Assembly: GCF_001194135.2 (NCBI RefSeq)
Contig: NC_068992.1
Span: 30,767,768 to 30,803,378, forward strand
Reading direction: 5' to 3'
Source: Octopus bimaculoides
Lineage: Eukaryota
DNA length: 35,611 nt
Below, one piece after another: positions 23,107 to 35,611 of this stretch. The notes under the pieces were generated by a model that was given only the letters and a program-made list of their open reading frames with translations, was not told the DNA's origin and did no database searches. Within the stretch, counting starts at the first letter, position 1, and every line of letters begins with the position of its first letter. A program made the position numbers and the translations under genes.

Positions 23107-23807
23107 NNNNNNNNNNNNNNNNNNNNNNNNNNNNNNNNNNNNNNNNNNNNNNNNNNNNNNNNNNNNNNNNNNNNNNNNNNNNNNNNNNNNNNNNNNNNNN
23201 NNNNNNNNNNNNNNNNNNNNNNNNNNNNNNNNNNNNNNNNNNNNNNNNNNNNNNNNNNNNNNNNNNNNNNNNNNNNNNNNNNNNNNNNNNNNNNNNNNNN
23301 NNNNNNNNNNNNNNNNNNNNNNNNNNNNNNNNNNNNNNNNNNNNNNNNNNNNNNNNNNNNNNNNNNNNNNNNNNNNNNNNNNNNNNNNNNNNNNNNNNNN
23401 NNNNNNNNNNNNNNNNNNNNNNNNNNNNNNNNNNNNNNNNNNNNNNNNNNNNNNNNNNNNNNNNNNNNNNNNNNNNNNNNNNNNNNNNNNNNNNNNNNNN
23501 NNNNNNNNNNNNNNNNNNNNNNNNNNNNNNNNNNNNNNNNNNNNNNNNNNNNNNNNNNNNNNNNNNNNNNNNNNNNNNNNNNNNNNNNNNNNNNNNNNNN
23601 NNNNNNNNNNNNNNNNNNNNNNNNNNNNNNNNNNNNNNNNNNNNNNNNNNNNNNNNNNNNNNNNNNNNNNNNNNNNNNNNNNNNNNNNNNNNNNNNNNNN
23701 NNNNNNNNNNNNNNNNNNNNNNNNNNNNNNNNNNNNNNNNNNNNNNNNNNNNNNNNNNNNNNNNNNNNNNNNNNNNNNNNNNNNNNNNNNNNNNNNNNNN
23801 NNNNNNN
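23107..23807. other. Assembly gap
   Basis: N run after (CT)n. Confidence 0.99.
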
Positions 23808-25134
23808 TATATATGTATGTATGTATGCACGTATACATGTGTATGTATATGCATACATACATACACTATGAGAGCTTAATTCACAGGTGATCTATACGAC
23901 TAGGTACGCTAGGTATGTACTGTAACGGATTACTAGGGCTCCAAGTAATCCGGTAGTTATGGAGTCATTGCAGATTTCCGATATAGCGGATATATAATTG
24001 TTAAAGTGGTCAACAAACGTTAAATCAAGGCATACATCTCAAGTCATATGCATTATTATTATTGGAAAAAAATTCAGTCTTACTGCTGTTTCTGGGATAT
24101 CCCAGAGTATGGAATATCCCGTCTTCGGAGACAAATAGGGATAATGAAAAGTGTATAGATTAATGAAATGACGACACAGAAGACATGAGTAAAATAATGA
24201 GATGAAGAAAAAGAAGAAAAAAGAAGCATAAAAGTTCACAGTTCAACTTTCCGATCGTGAAGACGTAAGTCCGTAAGTACTTAGGTGGAATTCTGCGTAA
24301 ATCCGTGTAGGTTAAATTCTTGATAAAATCCAGAAACAGATGCGAACATATCAAAATTGAATAACAGTATGGCAGTGGAGATTACTATTGAGTGGTAAAA
24401 GAAAGTAAAATATATAGATAGAAAGAGAGGAAGTTAAGGATTAGCGTAAAGGAAGAAATAAAGATACAAAAATAAACAAGATGAAAGGGAGGAGAAGGAG
24501 GAGGTAAAGGTAGATAACCTAAAACCAAAATAAACACAATGAAGTAAAATGAAATGAATTTAAAGAAAATTGAAGGTGCCAGTGATATTCTTCTAGTCTA
24601 TATTGGTTGCGGAGGAAACCTAATAGTAAATGCTCGTGTCTATTCTGGCTAAGATCAGTGGCTGCAGGTTTATTTTTAGCAATGGGGTTATGGGTGTGTA
24701 GGTAGTCGTGAGTTGAGAAACTAAATGAATGTTAAATTATTTTGAAGTAGGAGTTAGAATTAAATATTAGGGGATTTATTAGGTTAAGGTTTTAAAATAA
24801 ATTAAACAATTAATATTTATCTTATACAATTATGTGATAAGGTTGACAGAAGAGATATAGAGGGGTGTGTGTTAACTATCAAAGAGGTCATTTACCCTGC
24901 TGTCACTCTTGTCATTATGCAGACTTCGCCCTTATCATCGTGTATCTCTCCTGCATCCAATCTTCACATATTTTAGCTAATCGCTCCCTGACAAACATCA
25001 TCCAACTTCCGCTCCAAATGACGTTCGCTGTTGAACACGCCATAACCCTATTCACTAGATACTGCATATTTTTTCCCATCCCTATTCATCTCCCTCTCAT
25101 ACAATCATATTTACCTAGACATACAAGTGTAGAG

Positions 25135-25420
25135 CTTAACGACCCACTTCGGTCATCAATGACCATGGGATTGGACCTCGAAAGTTACCCTCCGAGGCAC
25201 AAGTCCAGGCACGATTATTATGGAAGCCAGCAGTCGCCCGTGAATACCAACCTCCACTTTCCACGCCACCGATGTTATCCAAGCGAAAATTAAATGCCGA
25301 TACAGCTTGGAACCAGTGACGTTACGACTCATTTCTACAGCTGAGTGAACTGGGGCAACGTGAAATGAAGTGTCTTGATCAAGATAGAGCACAACACACC
25401 GCCCAGTCCGGGAGTCGGAT
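25135..25420 (-). mobile_element. tRNA-derived SINE, family 3, 5' head truncated
   Basis: Reverse complement …gactcccggactgggcggtgtgttgtgctctatcttgatcaagacacttcatttcacgttgccccagttcactcagctgtagaaatgag…; the tgtgt…ttga(g)caagacactt segment is typical of SINE central domains. Confidence 0.7.
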
Positions 25421-26600
25421 TCTGCGCCGGGATTCTTTTTTGCCAAACATACTATTTCTATTATAATCATCTTCCTGTCACTTCCTAGTGCTCCTTCATA
25501 CATTTTCTCACCATCTTCGTTCTATTCAAACTAGAGTATCTACATAAAATTTGTTCCTGACCCTTGGCCATAGTTTAGTATAAAGCTACATGTGTAAATA
25601 GTATTTCACCTACTGTTGTGTGCATGAAGCTCTACTGTGATTATGGGAGTGTATGTGCACATCTTACTGCATGTATGCGTTGAGTTTTTTGAATAGCCAA
25701 ATAACTATTTATTAGTATGCTGATCATTATAATAATTTTTTTTATTCTCCAACTATTATTACTCAGTACTAAATATTAATTATGAGGTGTAGAAATAACT
25801 ATTTAACCTTGAAACTTCTTATTAAAATATTCCATATGATAAGAGGCATCATTTTAAACAAGGCAATTTCATTCCTACAGCAGACAATGATTTAAACATT
25901 AGTATTAAGTGCTTTGCGCACAAAGAGCTTAATGTGATAAACATATACTGTAATACTATACTCAAAAAGTTTCGATAACAGAAGTAAAGTCAGCACATGT
26001 TAACGTAGCTTTCTTTCTGTTTTCTATAGTGCTCCAAAATATTTGCTTCATCACCTTTAGCATTATGTATTTGCCTATCGTGAAATATGTTTTTTTTTTA
26101 CTGTTTTCCATTATTCTGATAAATGTGCCACAACATGTAGAGCGTATATAAATTAAATTGAGGTTTACGGCAGTAGACATAACTGAGGTTTTCAAACTCA
26201 TACGTGCGTATAAAACTATGCGTCTGCATGTGTGCAGGTGTGAACTTGTGAGTATGAGAATGTGTGTGTGTACGTCTGAGTAAATAGGTGTATATGAGTG
26301 TTACTGGAGGCATCAAAGTGTAATGAAATGGATATTCTTATAATTATTCTACATCATAATTATCCATTAGTTCTTTATTTCGAATGACATCAAACAACGT
26401 AGCCCCATAATTATACGATGGAAATGTAAGTTATTATAATTCGCTCTGGTGTTCTCAGGTTATCTGAGAGCCAATTTTGTGTGACAGAAAAGACAAGTTA
26501 GCGACACATTTTACTATTTTCATATTTCTATCACACTTAAGAAATATAAATCAGACCCATCAAAATTAATCACACGTCATCTGTATTGTCTTCATTTCAT

Positions 26601-26729
26601 CTATCTTATTAAGTCTTCTTCGTCAGTAGTATTCTGCTCTCTGAATAAATAACTCTCTATAGTATATTCACATTCATAGTACATAAGTAATTCTGCGATA
26701 TATACATCTGAGATAAAGTAACGGCAGTA
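26601..26729 (-). CDS. Possible terminal exon, unassigned
   Basis: tttcctgctgacag|YCRYFISDVYIAELLMYYECEYTIESYLFREQNTTDEEDLIR*. Confidence 0.15.
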   Translation of the reverse strand, partial: YCRYFISDVYIAELLMYYECEYTIESYLFREQNTTDEEDLIR

Positions 26730-28136
26730 CTGTCAGCAGGAAACTGCTAAAAAACCATATTAGATATATTTACTGTACATTGCATCTTCATTTCAATTAC
26801 AGTACATTAACTAACGAAGGTTATATTGTAAGGTTGTGAATAGGAAAATTCTTGACTCCAACTACGTAGAATTATCATATATTCATGTTCACATATGCAC
26901 GCACGCACACATATATGCACAATCACACATACGTATATGTGTGCTTATACGCCATGAGGATTTACTTGGATATAAATGAGGTACAAATACGTCTTAAGAG
27001 AAATTATTACGCATGAAAGCTGTAATGATACTTCCGTCATATATCGACAGTCATATCCATACTATGATGTAATATGTTCCGATGAATTCAGACGAATTTC
27101 CAAATAGATACAATAATTCGGTGATTCATTTGTTTGCTATAATGGACATCTCTTACATTAATTTTTACAATATATGCATGCATTCGTACATACATAAACA
27201 CAGACATACACACACGTAGATATAAGTGAGCACATGTATATAAATACATACACTGGCATATATGAAGTTTTATTAGTGGTTCTTGGAGAGGAAAGGGGGT
27301 AGTTTTACATCAATGTTTGGTATGCAAGCCAATTCAGGACAACCTTACTCCTTACACATTGAAGAAAATTTCCGTTAAAATTGGAAAACTCTGTCGGTTA
27401 CTATAGATCAGTGTACATTCTAAAGATGATAGTTTGTAATTGATTTACTTGTAAAAGATATACATTTAACACACACACACTCAGCTTGACATACATACAT
27501 ATACATACATATATACATAACTTGATACATACATACATCCCTACATATACACACACACGCACACACTTATACGGCTAAAAACTAATGACTGAAACACGTA
27601 AATGTTAAAATAAAAACAAAGTAAAATGATATGTATGGTAATTTGAAAACCCAAACTTGAAGGTTTAAACTGTGTTCTAACTTTAACTTTGTTTGTCATA
27701 CCAAACCTGAGGTCAGCGTTAATATATATATTAGTTATGTCCTTTATCTTGATATATAATGCATTACTGGGTACATGTCCCGATATTCAGAAGCCGCACC
27801 TGATTTTGAAAACACGAACCATGCTCCATAATCATTAAGGACTCATCTACTAGGTTATATTTCCCTCTTGGATATGGATATTTCCCTCTTGGAAGGTGTA
27901 TACATATATAACTTCCAATACGAAAGCATTCTATATATATATATATATTACGTATATAATTATATAAAATTTTATGATAATTAAGGGCTCAGGAATGTCA
28001 GCGCCTACACGCTAAAAGCAAATGTCAAATACCTACACTTCACTTTAGACATACGCGTCATATACAACACACAGAAAGAAAGGCTTATCGTAGCCAAAGA
28101 GGTAGAAAATGCAATTAACATTAAATATTCGATTGA

Positions 28137-28149
<13 letters not shown>

Positions 28150-28168
<19 letters not shown>

Positions 28169-28625
28169 GCAAAAGCTATTCAATAAGCATAAAATAAAGT
28201 TCAAGTCCTCTAGTGCTAAGCAAAAGAAAAGATTAAAAAACAGAGAAAAGGATATCGAACAGCTCGTAAACACCTACACAACTAGCAACTCGATGTTTGA
28301 AACGACAAATAACATGCAACACAAATATTCTACACGTAAACAAACTACAAGATACTCGGTCTGTAGGCTAAAGAATCGAACGTAGCGGAGCGACAGTTTC
28401 AAATGATGCACACAACAAATATACTTGTTTCATAAAATCCATTGCGAGAGAGCAACATCTTTATCGCAGTATATTCCGGAATTGAAGAACATCATAAATA
28501 TAATAAACCGGAGGAAAAGAGAGAGCGTTTCCAGTTATTGAAATTGTTTCAGGATATGCTACCTGAGTACGGTAGTGAAATATAACAAAACAATAGGATC
28601 CAGATTGAATTCGTTTCTAAAAGCT
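28150..28625 (+). mobile_element. Penelope-like element, GIY-YIG endonuclease region, highly decayed
   Basis: The pieces KLFNKHKIK (cf. KLFNRHNIKVSY), ERATSLSQYIPELK (cf. ATTLSKYIWELK) and IEFVSKS (cf. SELVSKCRH) occur in the expected order. Confidence 0.5.
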
Positions 28626-29599
28626 AGTCCTAACAGAAAACAGTGAGAAGAGTATTGATGCAGTAGCACAGCTTAAATATCAGGCAAGTTTTAATATACC
28701 AACTCTTAAGGAACAACAAATGAATTTACACCACACAAACATTTAAAGACGCCGGATATAATATTACGATCCACCGCAAGAGAGTACATCTAACACATAG
28801 TTTACTACATGAAATGAATTTCCAAAAGAATATGCAAAGATATATTACTTAACCATTCAGATTCAAATGGAAACTCACATTTTAAGCAAGACATCATAAA
28901 GTTCACATAATCAACAGTGAAAGAAGCAATAAAACGCGATAAATATTTTAAATAAACCTAGCGATAGAGATAATAGCTCAGATAAAATGAGGTGAAATTA
29001 TGCTTTATGAAAGAGGTAAACAAATATAAGGACTACAAAATAAAAGGATGCCAAAGCAATACCAATAGGTATGGGTTATAAATCTTTGATTTGTGAAACT
29101 TGGGTTGATTAGAAAATGAAGTTAAATTTAAGAATATACTCTAGATTTAGTATAGAAGACTCTTTCGTTTGTAGATAAACAACACATATATTTACTCTGA
29201 CAAGTATATAAAAGCAGTTGCCTGTATACTTAATACACACACATACACACGTTCACACACTCATACACATGTGCGTGTGTATGTGTGCGTACAAGTGCAG
29301 GCGAATATCGTCAAATAACTTTGAAGCTGGCAGGAATCAAATTGGAGGCCAAGTTGCTAAATGAAAATAGATTGTAAGAGAATTTGTGTAGATATATAGA
29401 AAAGGAAGGAAATGTTGGTTGGTGATGATTATATAAATGGCTGAGCGCTCATTTAAATTTGTTCATATCCGCTCCGTCACTATAGTGGGCCTTTAAATTA
29501 TCACTGCTCTACTTCCATGTTTTCCGACGTTTCAGCAGTAAATCGATATTTTTATATGCAGTGTGCATATTTATGTGATGCAATACATAAACATCCGCT

Positions 29600-30131
29600 C
29601 CTCCTTTGGCTTGTCGTTGTCGTCATCATCCTCTTATTCATTATCATTGTATATTCTTCAATGTTATTATCAACTTCATCAGTACCGTCATTTCGTTCTC
29701 TTCCATAGTCATCATCAACACTATCATCAGCGCGGTCGTCATTGTCGTTGTAGTCGTCATGGATCTTGGTTGTCATCGTCATCATCATCATCATCATCAT
29801 CATCTATTGCATAATAATCATACGAAGAATAAAGCAGAAAGTTTCGGCAAAAACAGTAACAATGTATGATGTCAAGACGGAAATAAGTCAAAAAGATAGA
29901 AGAAACATCGGTAAGGATTTGAACTGTGCTGAAAGAGAAACTGTGACTCCGTCAATTACGGTGCTACCAGGAGGTAATGAACGCTAACTATAAAAATTGC
30001 ATCAACGACAATCAATAACAATACTAATATTAAAGGAAGGAGATGGTGACTGCGATAACGAAATTGATAATATTTACTAATATTACAAACTGATAATAAA
30101 CGCTAATATTACAAACAGCACCAACGCTATA

Positions 30132-30168
<37 letters not shown>

Positions 30169-30570
30169 TTACTACTACTACTACTACTACTCTACTACTG
30201 CTGCTGCTGCTGCTGCAGCTGATGATTATGATGATGACGATGACGATGATGATGATGATCAACAACAACAGCAATAATAATAATGATAAACTTTTGTGGC
30301 TAAGAGTGCTATAAGACTGCTGAGTGCGGTGTCTTCAAAACAACAATTCTCACATTAATAGTAGTAAGAAAACAATAACGACAACAGAAACAGAAAATGG
30401 TGGCAGCAGTAACAAAGCAGCAATATCGAGAACAAGGAGCAGCTGCAAAATTAAACGGCGATTCAGCAATTAAAAGAAAGTATTGTGCCACATAAAGAAA
30501 CACATCATTCTTTAATCACCTTCAACCACGGACACTACTTGCACTATTACCACCACCACCGCCATGAAAA
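29600..30570. repeat. Compound trinucleotide low-complexity region (CAT/TAC/TGC/GAT/CAA/TAA/CAC)
   Basis: Direct reading. It explains the poly-amino-acid ORFs. Confidence 0.9.
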
Positions 30571-31781
30571 CAAAAGCCATAATAGGGCTGTGCATTTTAA
30601 GTCTCCGCTAATGGGAGAGTAGTATGAATGAAGAAAGTAGATCTATGAGTCTCGTTTCGATGCTTGGCCGATTATCCCCGCATTATATATCTGCAAGATC
30701 GGAAAGAGTCCGAGACTGCAGAGCAAGAATTAAAGCGGTAATAAGAGAACATAGAGTGTACTAGTTAATTATAAACACGCTAACAAGAATAATGACTTTG
30801 TATTCTAGAAAATGCACCAATAACGAGCAAAGTATTTCTACACTATTTATTCACTGTAACTATCATTTGTATATTCGATCTTATACCACTATTAAAGCAA
30901 ACGATGCATCATCGTCATAACCACCATCTTAGTCCTCACCAACAGAATCTTCTTTGTCATCTCCATCCTCATCTTAATCATATTATATACTCAGCTACAA
31001 ACAACGTCAACAATTGGAGGGATTTTAACCAGAAGCGTGTTAACTTATCCAGAAAACACAGACATATCAAACAAAGTTTGGCAACATTGCTACCCACAGC
31101 GTGTGCCAGACAAGTTGACTTACGCGCGAAAAATCAATATTTCTACAAGTTAATATGGATTATTGATGGCATAATAAGAGTATTTTTCAATCTTGTTTGA
31201 TAAAGCTAAATCCACTTGGAACATGAACAAACATTTGCGCAAATCAAATATTACGCTACGCTACACAGATCTAAATAACTGGCTACTGTTGCTCCAATGT
31301 GGTTTTTGAATCTGTTAGAAAGTCCAGCTAAGTTTCCTCAAATTATATATCTAGCGCCATAAAAATAAATTAAGAAAGACAAAGTAGTCCTAAACACTAT
31401 TTTACCGTTTCGTAACTGAAGGCAAGGCAGTGTTCATGACAGTGTGCCGGTCAAGAATATGTAAGATTCAGTATCAAGAAGGTAATATATATCGTCAAGC
31501 TAGAAAAATTGAATTGAATGCTTACAAGAATGTGAATTTAGCGAAAATCACCCACACAGGACAATTGGTTAAGCCTGCGATGTATTCAAAGCTCAGAAGT
31601 CAACCATAACACATTCCAAATCATTTTGTTCAAAATTCTCACAATTATGAAATTCCATCTCTTTGAACGGGCATAATGGTTTTCTACCCTCCCGAGGATA
31701 AAAGTTAAAGATTCCATTCACCAAATTTCAATGGTCTTGTCTATCAAATTCATACATACATACTCACACACATACATAAAT

Positions 31782-31785
<4 letters not shown>

Positions 31786-31840
<55 letters not shown>
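31786..31840. repeat. (TA)n microsatellite
   Basis: Direct reading. Confidence 0.97.
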
Positions 31841-31844
<4 letters not shown>

Positions 31845-32301
31845 TTCATATACGTGTGTGTATATATATGTATATATATATATATATGTGTGTATGTATG
31901 GTATGTATCTATGATTTCAGGGCAAGTTCCTCCGTTCCCCTTAGTAGTTTTAGAAACCATGAAAGAATGGTTTCAGTGTTGGCATTCCTCCACAAATTGC
32001 GTTGTATTATAAAATATAAAAAGGATAAATTGTAATACCTACAACACAATATTGCCTCGATATGTTACAAGAAATATAATAAAATTTCTTTCAACGAACT
32101 ATTTGAAGACTGTCCTGAAACATTTAAGCAATTTAGTTTGGAACGCCATACGAGTTATACATAATAATTATAGCATGATCGATATCCACATGCCATTGCA
32201 GAATAATTTAATGTGAAAATATTTAGCAAATTTCATTTAACGTCACTTGATTAGGCATGTGGAAGTGAAATATATTAGACCAATACAGAAGTTTGTCGAA
32301 A

Positions 32302-32305
<4 letters not shown>

Positions 32306-32354
<49 letters not shown>

Positions 32355-32397
32355 ATATCTATATGTCTATCTATCTATCTATTTATCTATCTATCTC
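32306..32397 (+). repeat. (TCTA)n / GATA tetranucleotide microsatellite
   Basis: Direct reading. Confidence 0.95.
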
Positions 32398-34074
32398 TCT
32401 ATTACTCGCTCTCTTTTGCTCTAACACCTCTCTCTCTTTTTCCCTCTCCCTCCCTCTCTATATATGAATGTATATGCGTACTTATGTGTTTATAACAGCC
32501 TTTAGTGAACAAAAAAGCTTAAAATGAAACGACGTATCCTCCATTATTTAATTCCTATCGCAACACTCTTCTTCACACCTTGAACAATATTGACTTTGGT
32601 TCAAATAATTTTAAAATTAAATGTTCAATATTCTCAGCACGATGGCAGTTTAATGAAACCCGTATCAAAACAAATAAATGCATGTTTTGATGACTAATAT
32701 TTCATATTTTATTTCTTTGTACGCCGATTATTTGTATTGAGAATGGGGAAAATATTATGGGGGGGGGGGAGAGACAGACAGTCACAACAACGGCAGCAAG
32801 TGCAAACGAACAACTCTCGCCTCGAGATCTTGGAAAGGACAAAGAAACCAAACATGTTTTTATACAGAAAGAAACACTAACATACCGCAAAAGCAATATG
32901 CTAATGATGAGTCTAACTACAGAAACAACATCATAGAATTATAAAGATCATCTCTGCATCAATTTCAATCATCATATGGTTGCATCGCAAACAGTAAACA
33001 CTATAAAATCAGAGTACACAAACATGCACCCCGTACGCCACAACAACAATAGTAGTAAAAGTAAGGAATGTAATCACATCCATCATATTTGCAAGCAATA
33101 TTAATAGAGCAAACAATAACAACCTCAAATTCGCCGAAACAAAAATATAATTGCATTAAGCATATTATGCACGAAGTAGAATCCTTTCAACACTGAAATT
33201 TAGAATCAATAACCAGCTCGCCTATAAACATAAACATATTGTTGCCCATTATAAATACAAAAGCATCGTAAAAGAAGAGGCAAGGGAGCTTTGATGGGCT
33301 TGCTCATTTTGCTACAAGTAGCGCCAAACAATCAAATCACATGCTACCGTCTTAATAAATAATGTAATAAGAGATTGGATAAACATGTTAAAATGTAATG
33401 TCACGACTAAAATGCCTTTTGTCATGGATATGCTAGATGTGCGGTAAACTTTGGTTACGTTGCAAGAAATTTTGCAACAACTTTTGTTGTGAAGAGCTGA
33501 ATAACAAACAGGACTAACATGTACATTGATTTCCGTGGAGCTGGACGATGAGTATTTCATTTGGTTGGTCAAGAGACTGCTGCAATATTGTAATGGAGTA
33601 AACCTGGCTGAACTTTCCCCGGAATTCTCACATATGCTAAGTCGCTAGGCTAATTATTATGAGTATTGAAAGCGGAGCCATATACTTGCAAAGTAAATTA
33701 TGTCATACGATCAGGTTTCTCTGCATGGTACCCGTATGTGTGCGAGTGTGCGCCTTTACAGAATATATAAGCACACACGCATTCATGCATACACACATAT
33801 ATACATTCCTACGTACATATATACATCCATGCAAAAATACACACACACATACATAGCTGCATACATGTTTATTGTAGTCTGTCATAGACCGAGACGGATA
33901 GTTTTGCAATTTCTTGCAGAACAACCTGCATATCTGATGTGATTATGTTGACCGAATATCTGTGTTGTACGTTAGCTCACTCTCTCCATGGAAGCAGCGT
34001 TGCCTGAAAGCTGTGCCATATGTCAGGTGTCGAAATGATCCCACAATAGCCAGAATGTAATGCCCCAAACGCAC

Positions 34075-34140
34075 CTGAAATGGAAACCCTCATCACACGA
34101 ACGTGAGTACAACACTGTGACCACTAGGCCTAGAGCCAAT
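34075..34140 (-). mobile_element. Possible SINE head remnant
   Basis: The reverse complement GGCCTAGTGGTCACAGTGTTGTACTCAC…GAGGGTTTCCATT has an A-box and a degenerate B-box. Confidence 0.35.
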
Positions 34141-35392
34141 ACATAAACATGCATGCACACATACATGCATATATGCTTATATATATATATATATATATAT
34201 AGATAGATAGATAAGTGCATACATGCACACATATACGTATATTAGACAAGGTATACATATAATTCTGTATTCGCACATCTTACAAACATATTCTGAGATT
34301 CACGAGTGTCAGACGTTATAACACGGTATATCATCATTCAAAGAATTATGGCTCTAACAGAGCGTATTGAATGGCATTGCCCATAAAACAATACCAGATG
34401 ACCATGAATGACTACCAAGCTCGTCTCATTTGGAAATTCAAGTATCGAAATGTGAATAGCAATAGAAATATTTCAAAACGATTCCATAGGAAAATAAACT
34501 GATTGCTTCCCTGTTCTCGGAAAAATGGAAATAAATCAATTGAAAGTATCTGAAAATATTCCTACATCTGTCTCAAAAACTATATGGGACTCTCACGGAT
34601 TTGTTTATCACATTAGTTCGCTGACTTCCTGATTGATAACAACGAAAATTGCTTAAATGATTTCCTTATATATAAATTAATGATTTAACTATTGATTTAT
34701 TTACACCAACACTGAATAGAAACGATATACACAAAGATCTTGCTTAATCGCCTGTTGCTTATGAAATATTAAAATTACAGACATCATAACATTGGAACGT
34801 CTGACTCCCACAAACATGCAAATATACGCAGTGTGCGTGCACATTTCTCAATGTCTATGGGCGAACTCAAAGCTATGGAAAGATTAAATTAACCAAGGTA
34901 CCGTGCATTAAGATGAAAGGCTATTACATGTTTGCCGAATGAATTTGTAAATCAGATTTCCACACCTGTGCCCATCAACACAGTAGCTCGATATGCCAGG
35001 AATATCAAACTGTGATACTGTACTTTCACATCGTACTACGTTCTTTCAAGTACTACATAAGTTTGCTCTAGAAATCTCCAAGGTAAGTGGAACAATTTTA
35101 ATCAAAAGTCTACTTTATCATGAATGACCAACCACCAAATAACAACGTCCTCATCGTCAGATTAGTAACTCCATGTTATATAAGTAAATGGAAACGTGTG
35201 GGATTGCATGTATAGACATACCTCTTTTTGCATAGACGCATGTGCGTCTATGTTCACATACACACATATACGTTTGTATGTATATGTGAGAAAGAACGTG
35301 TGTGCGTGCGTGTGTGTCTGTGTCTGTATATGTCTACATATGTATGTTTCCACATAAATGCAAAGTTATATTACATAAATTTATGCAAATAA

Positions 35393-35611
35393 TCTTTTAC
35401 TTGTTAGAGTCAATTGATTGCAGCCATGCTGGAAAACCGTTTCGAAGGGATTTTAGTCGAACAACTCGACCCCAAGACTTATTTTTTAAGCCTAATACTT
35501 ATTATATCGGCTTTTCGCCAAAGCGTTAAGTTACAGGAAATTAACCACACCAACAACCGTTGCCAAGCAGTGATGGGGAGACAAACAGAGACACAAAGAC
35601 ACACACACATA
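35393..35611 (-). mobile_element. SINE family 1 tail half, running off the window
   Basis: cttttacttgtt…gcagccatgctgg…ttttagtcgaac…gacccc…aagttacaggaa…ggggagacaaacagagacacaaagacacacac is homologous to 1503-1695 and 205-390. Confidence 0.8.

Noticed and set aside
24646-24660. Second U2-like string TGGCTAAGATCAGTG
   Set aside because: Only a 12-nt exact match, with no continuation.
24865-25293. 142-aa ORF
   Set aside because: The 3' third is antisense SINE sequence, and the composition is not gene-like.
27857-27893. 16-bp direct repeat ATATTTCCCTCTTGGA with period 21
   Set aside because: Only two units, consistent with a local slippage duplication. Not CRISPR-like.
30904-31200. 98-aa His-rich ORF and alternative frames
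   Set aside because: The start is CAT-repeat derived, several frames look equally plausible, and none has consistent splice borders.
33312-33648. ~110-codon minus-strand frame and protein-like plus-strand stretch (…ELDDEYFIWLVKRLLQYC…)
   Set aside because: The length is expected by chance in this much sequence, the plus frame has internal stops, and no family is recognised.

Overview
Eukaryotic, AT-rich, microsatellite-saturated draft-assembly DNA with about 3.9 kb of N in six gaps, each flanked by simple repeats. The SINE types and repeat load suggest a coleoid cephalopod, probably Octopus (inference). I cannot confidently call any intact protein-coding gene. Nearly all listed ORFs are microsatellite or N artefacts, or decayed transposon pieces. 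The window is a transposon graveyard. It holds five fragments (three subfamilies) of restriction-like-endonuclease (RLE; R4/Dong-like) LINEs, each next to a (TAA)n array (one across an assembly gap). It also holds an RTE-type LINE end, a complete but dead 1.25 kb Tc1 element with TIRs and TA flanks, a mariner transposase fragment, and a 1.5 kb Helitron 3' end with its PIF1-like helicase. There are probable Penelope-like remnants (one with a degenerate hammerhead-like motif) and about ten copies of three tRNA-derived SINE families. Other items are a U2 snRNA pseudogene fragment, a ~207 bp foldback with ~71 bp arms, and a weak, phase-compatible chain of minus-strand candidate exons. The most system-like signal is the chaining of RLE LINEs through (TAA)n microsatellites. 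All protein and RNA family calls come from motif recognition by eye, not from database searches.
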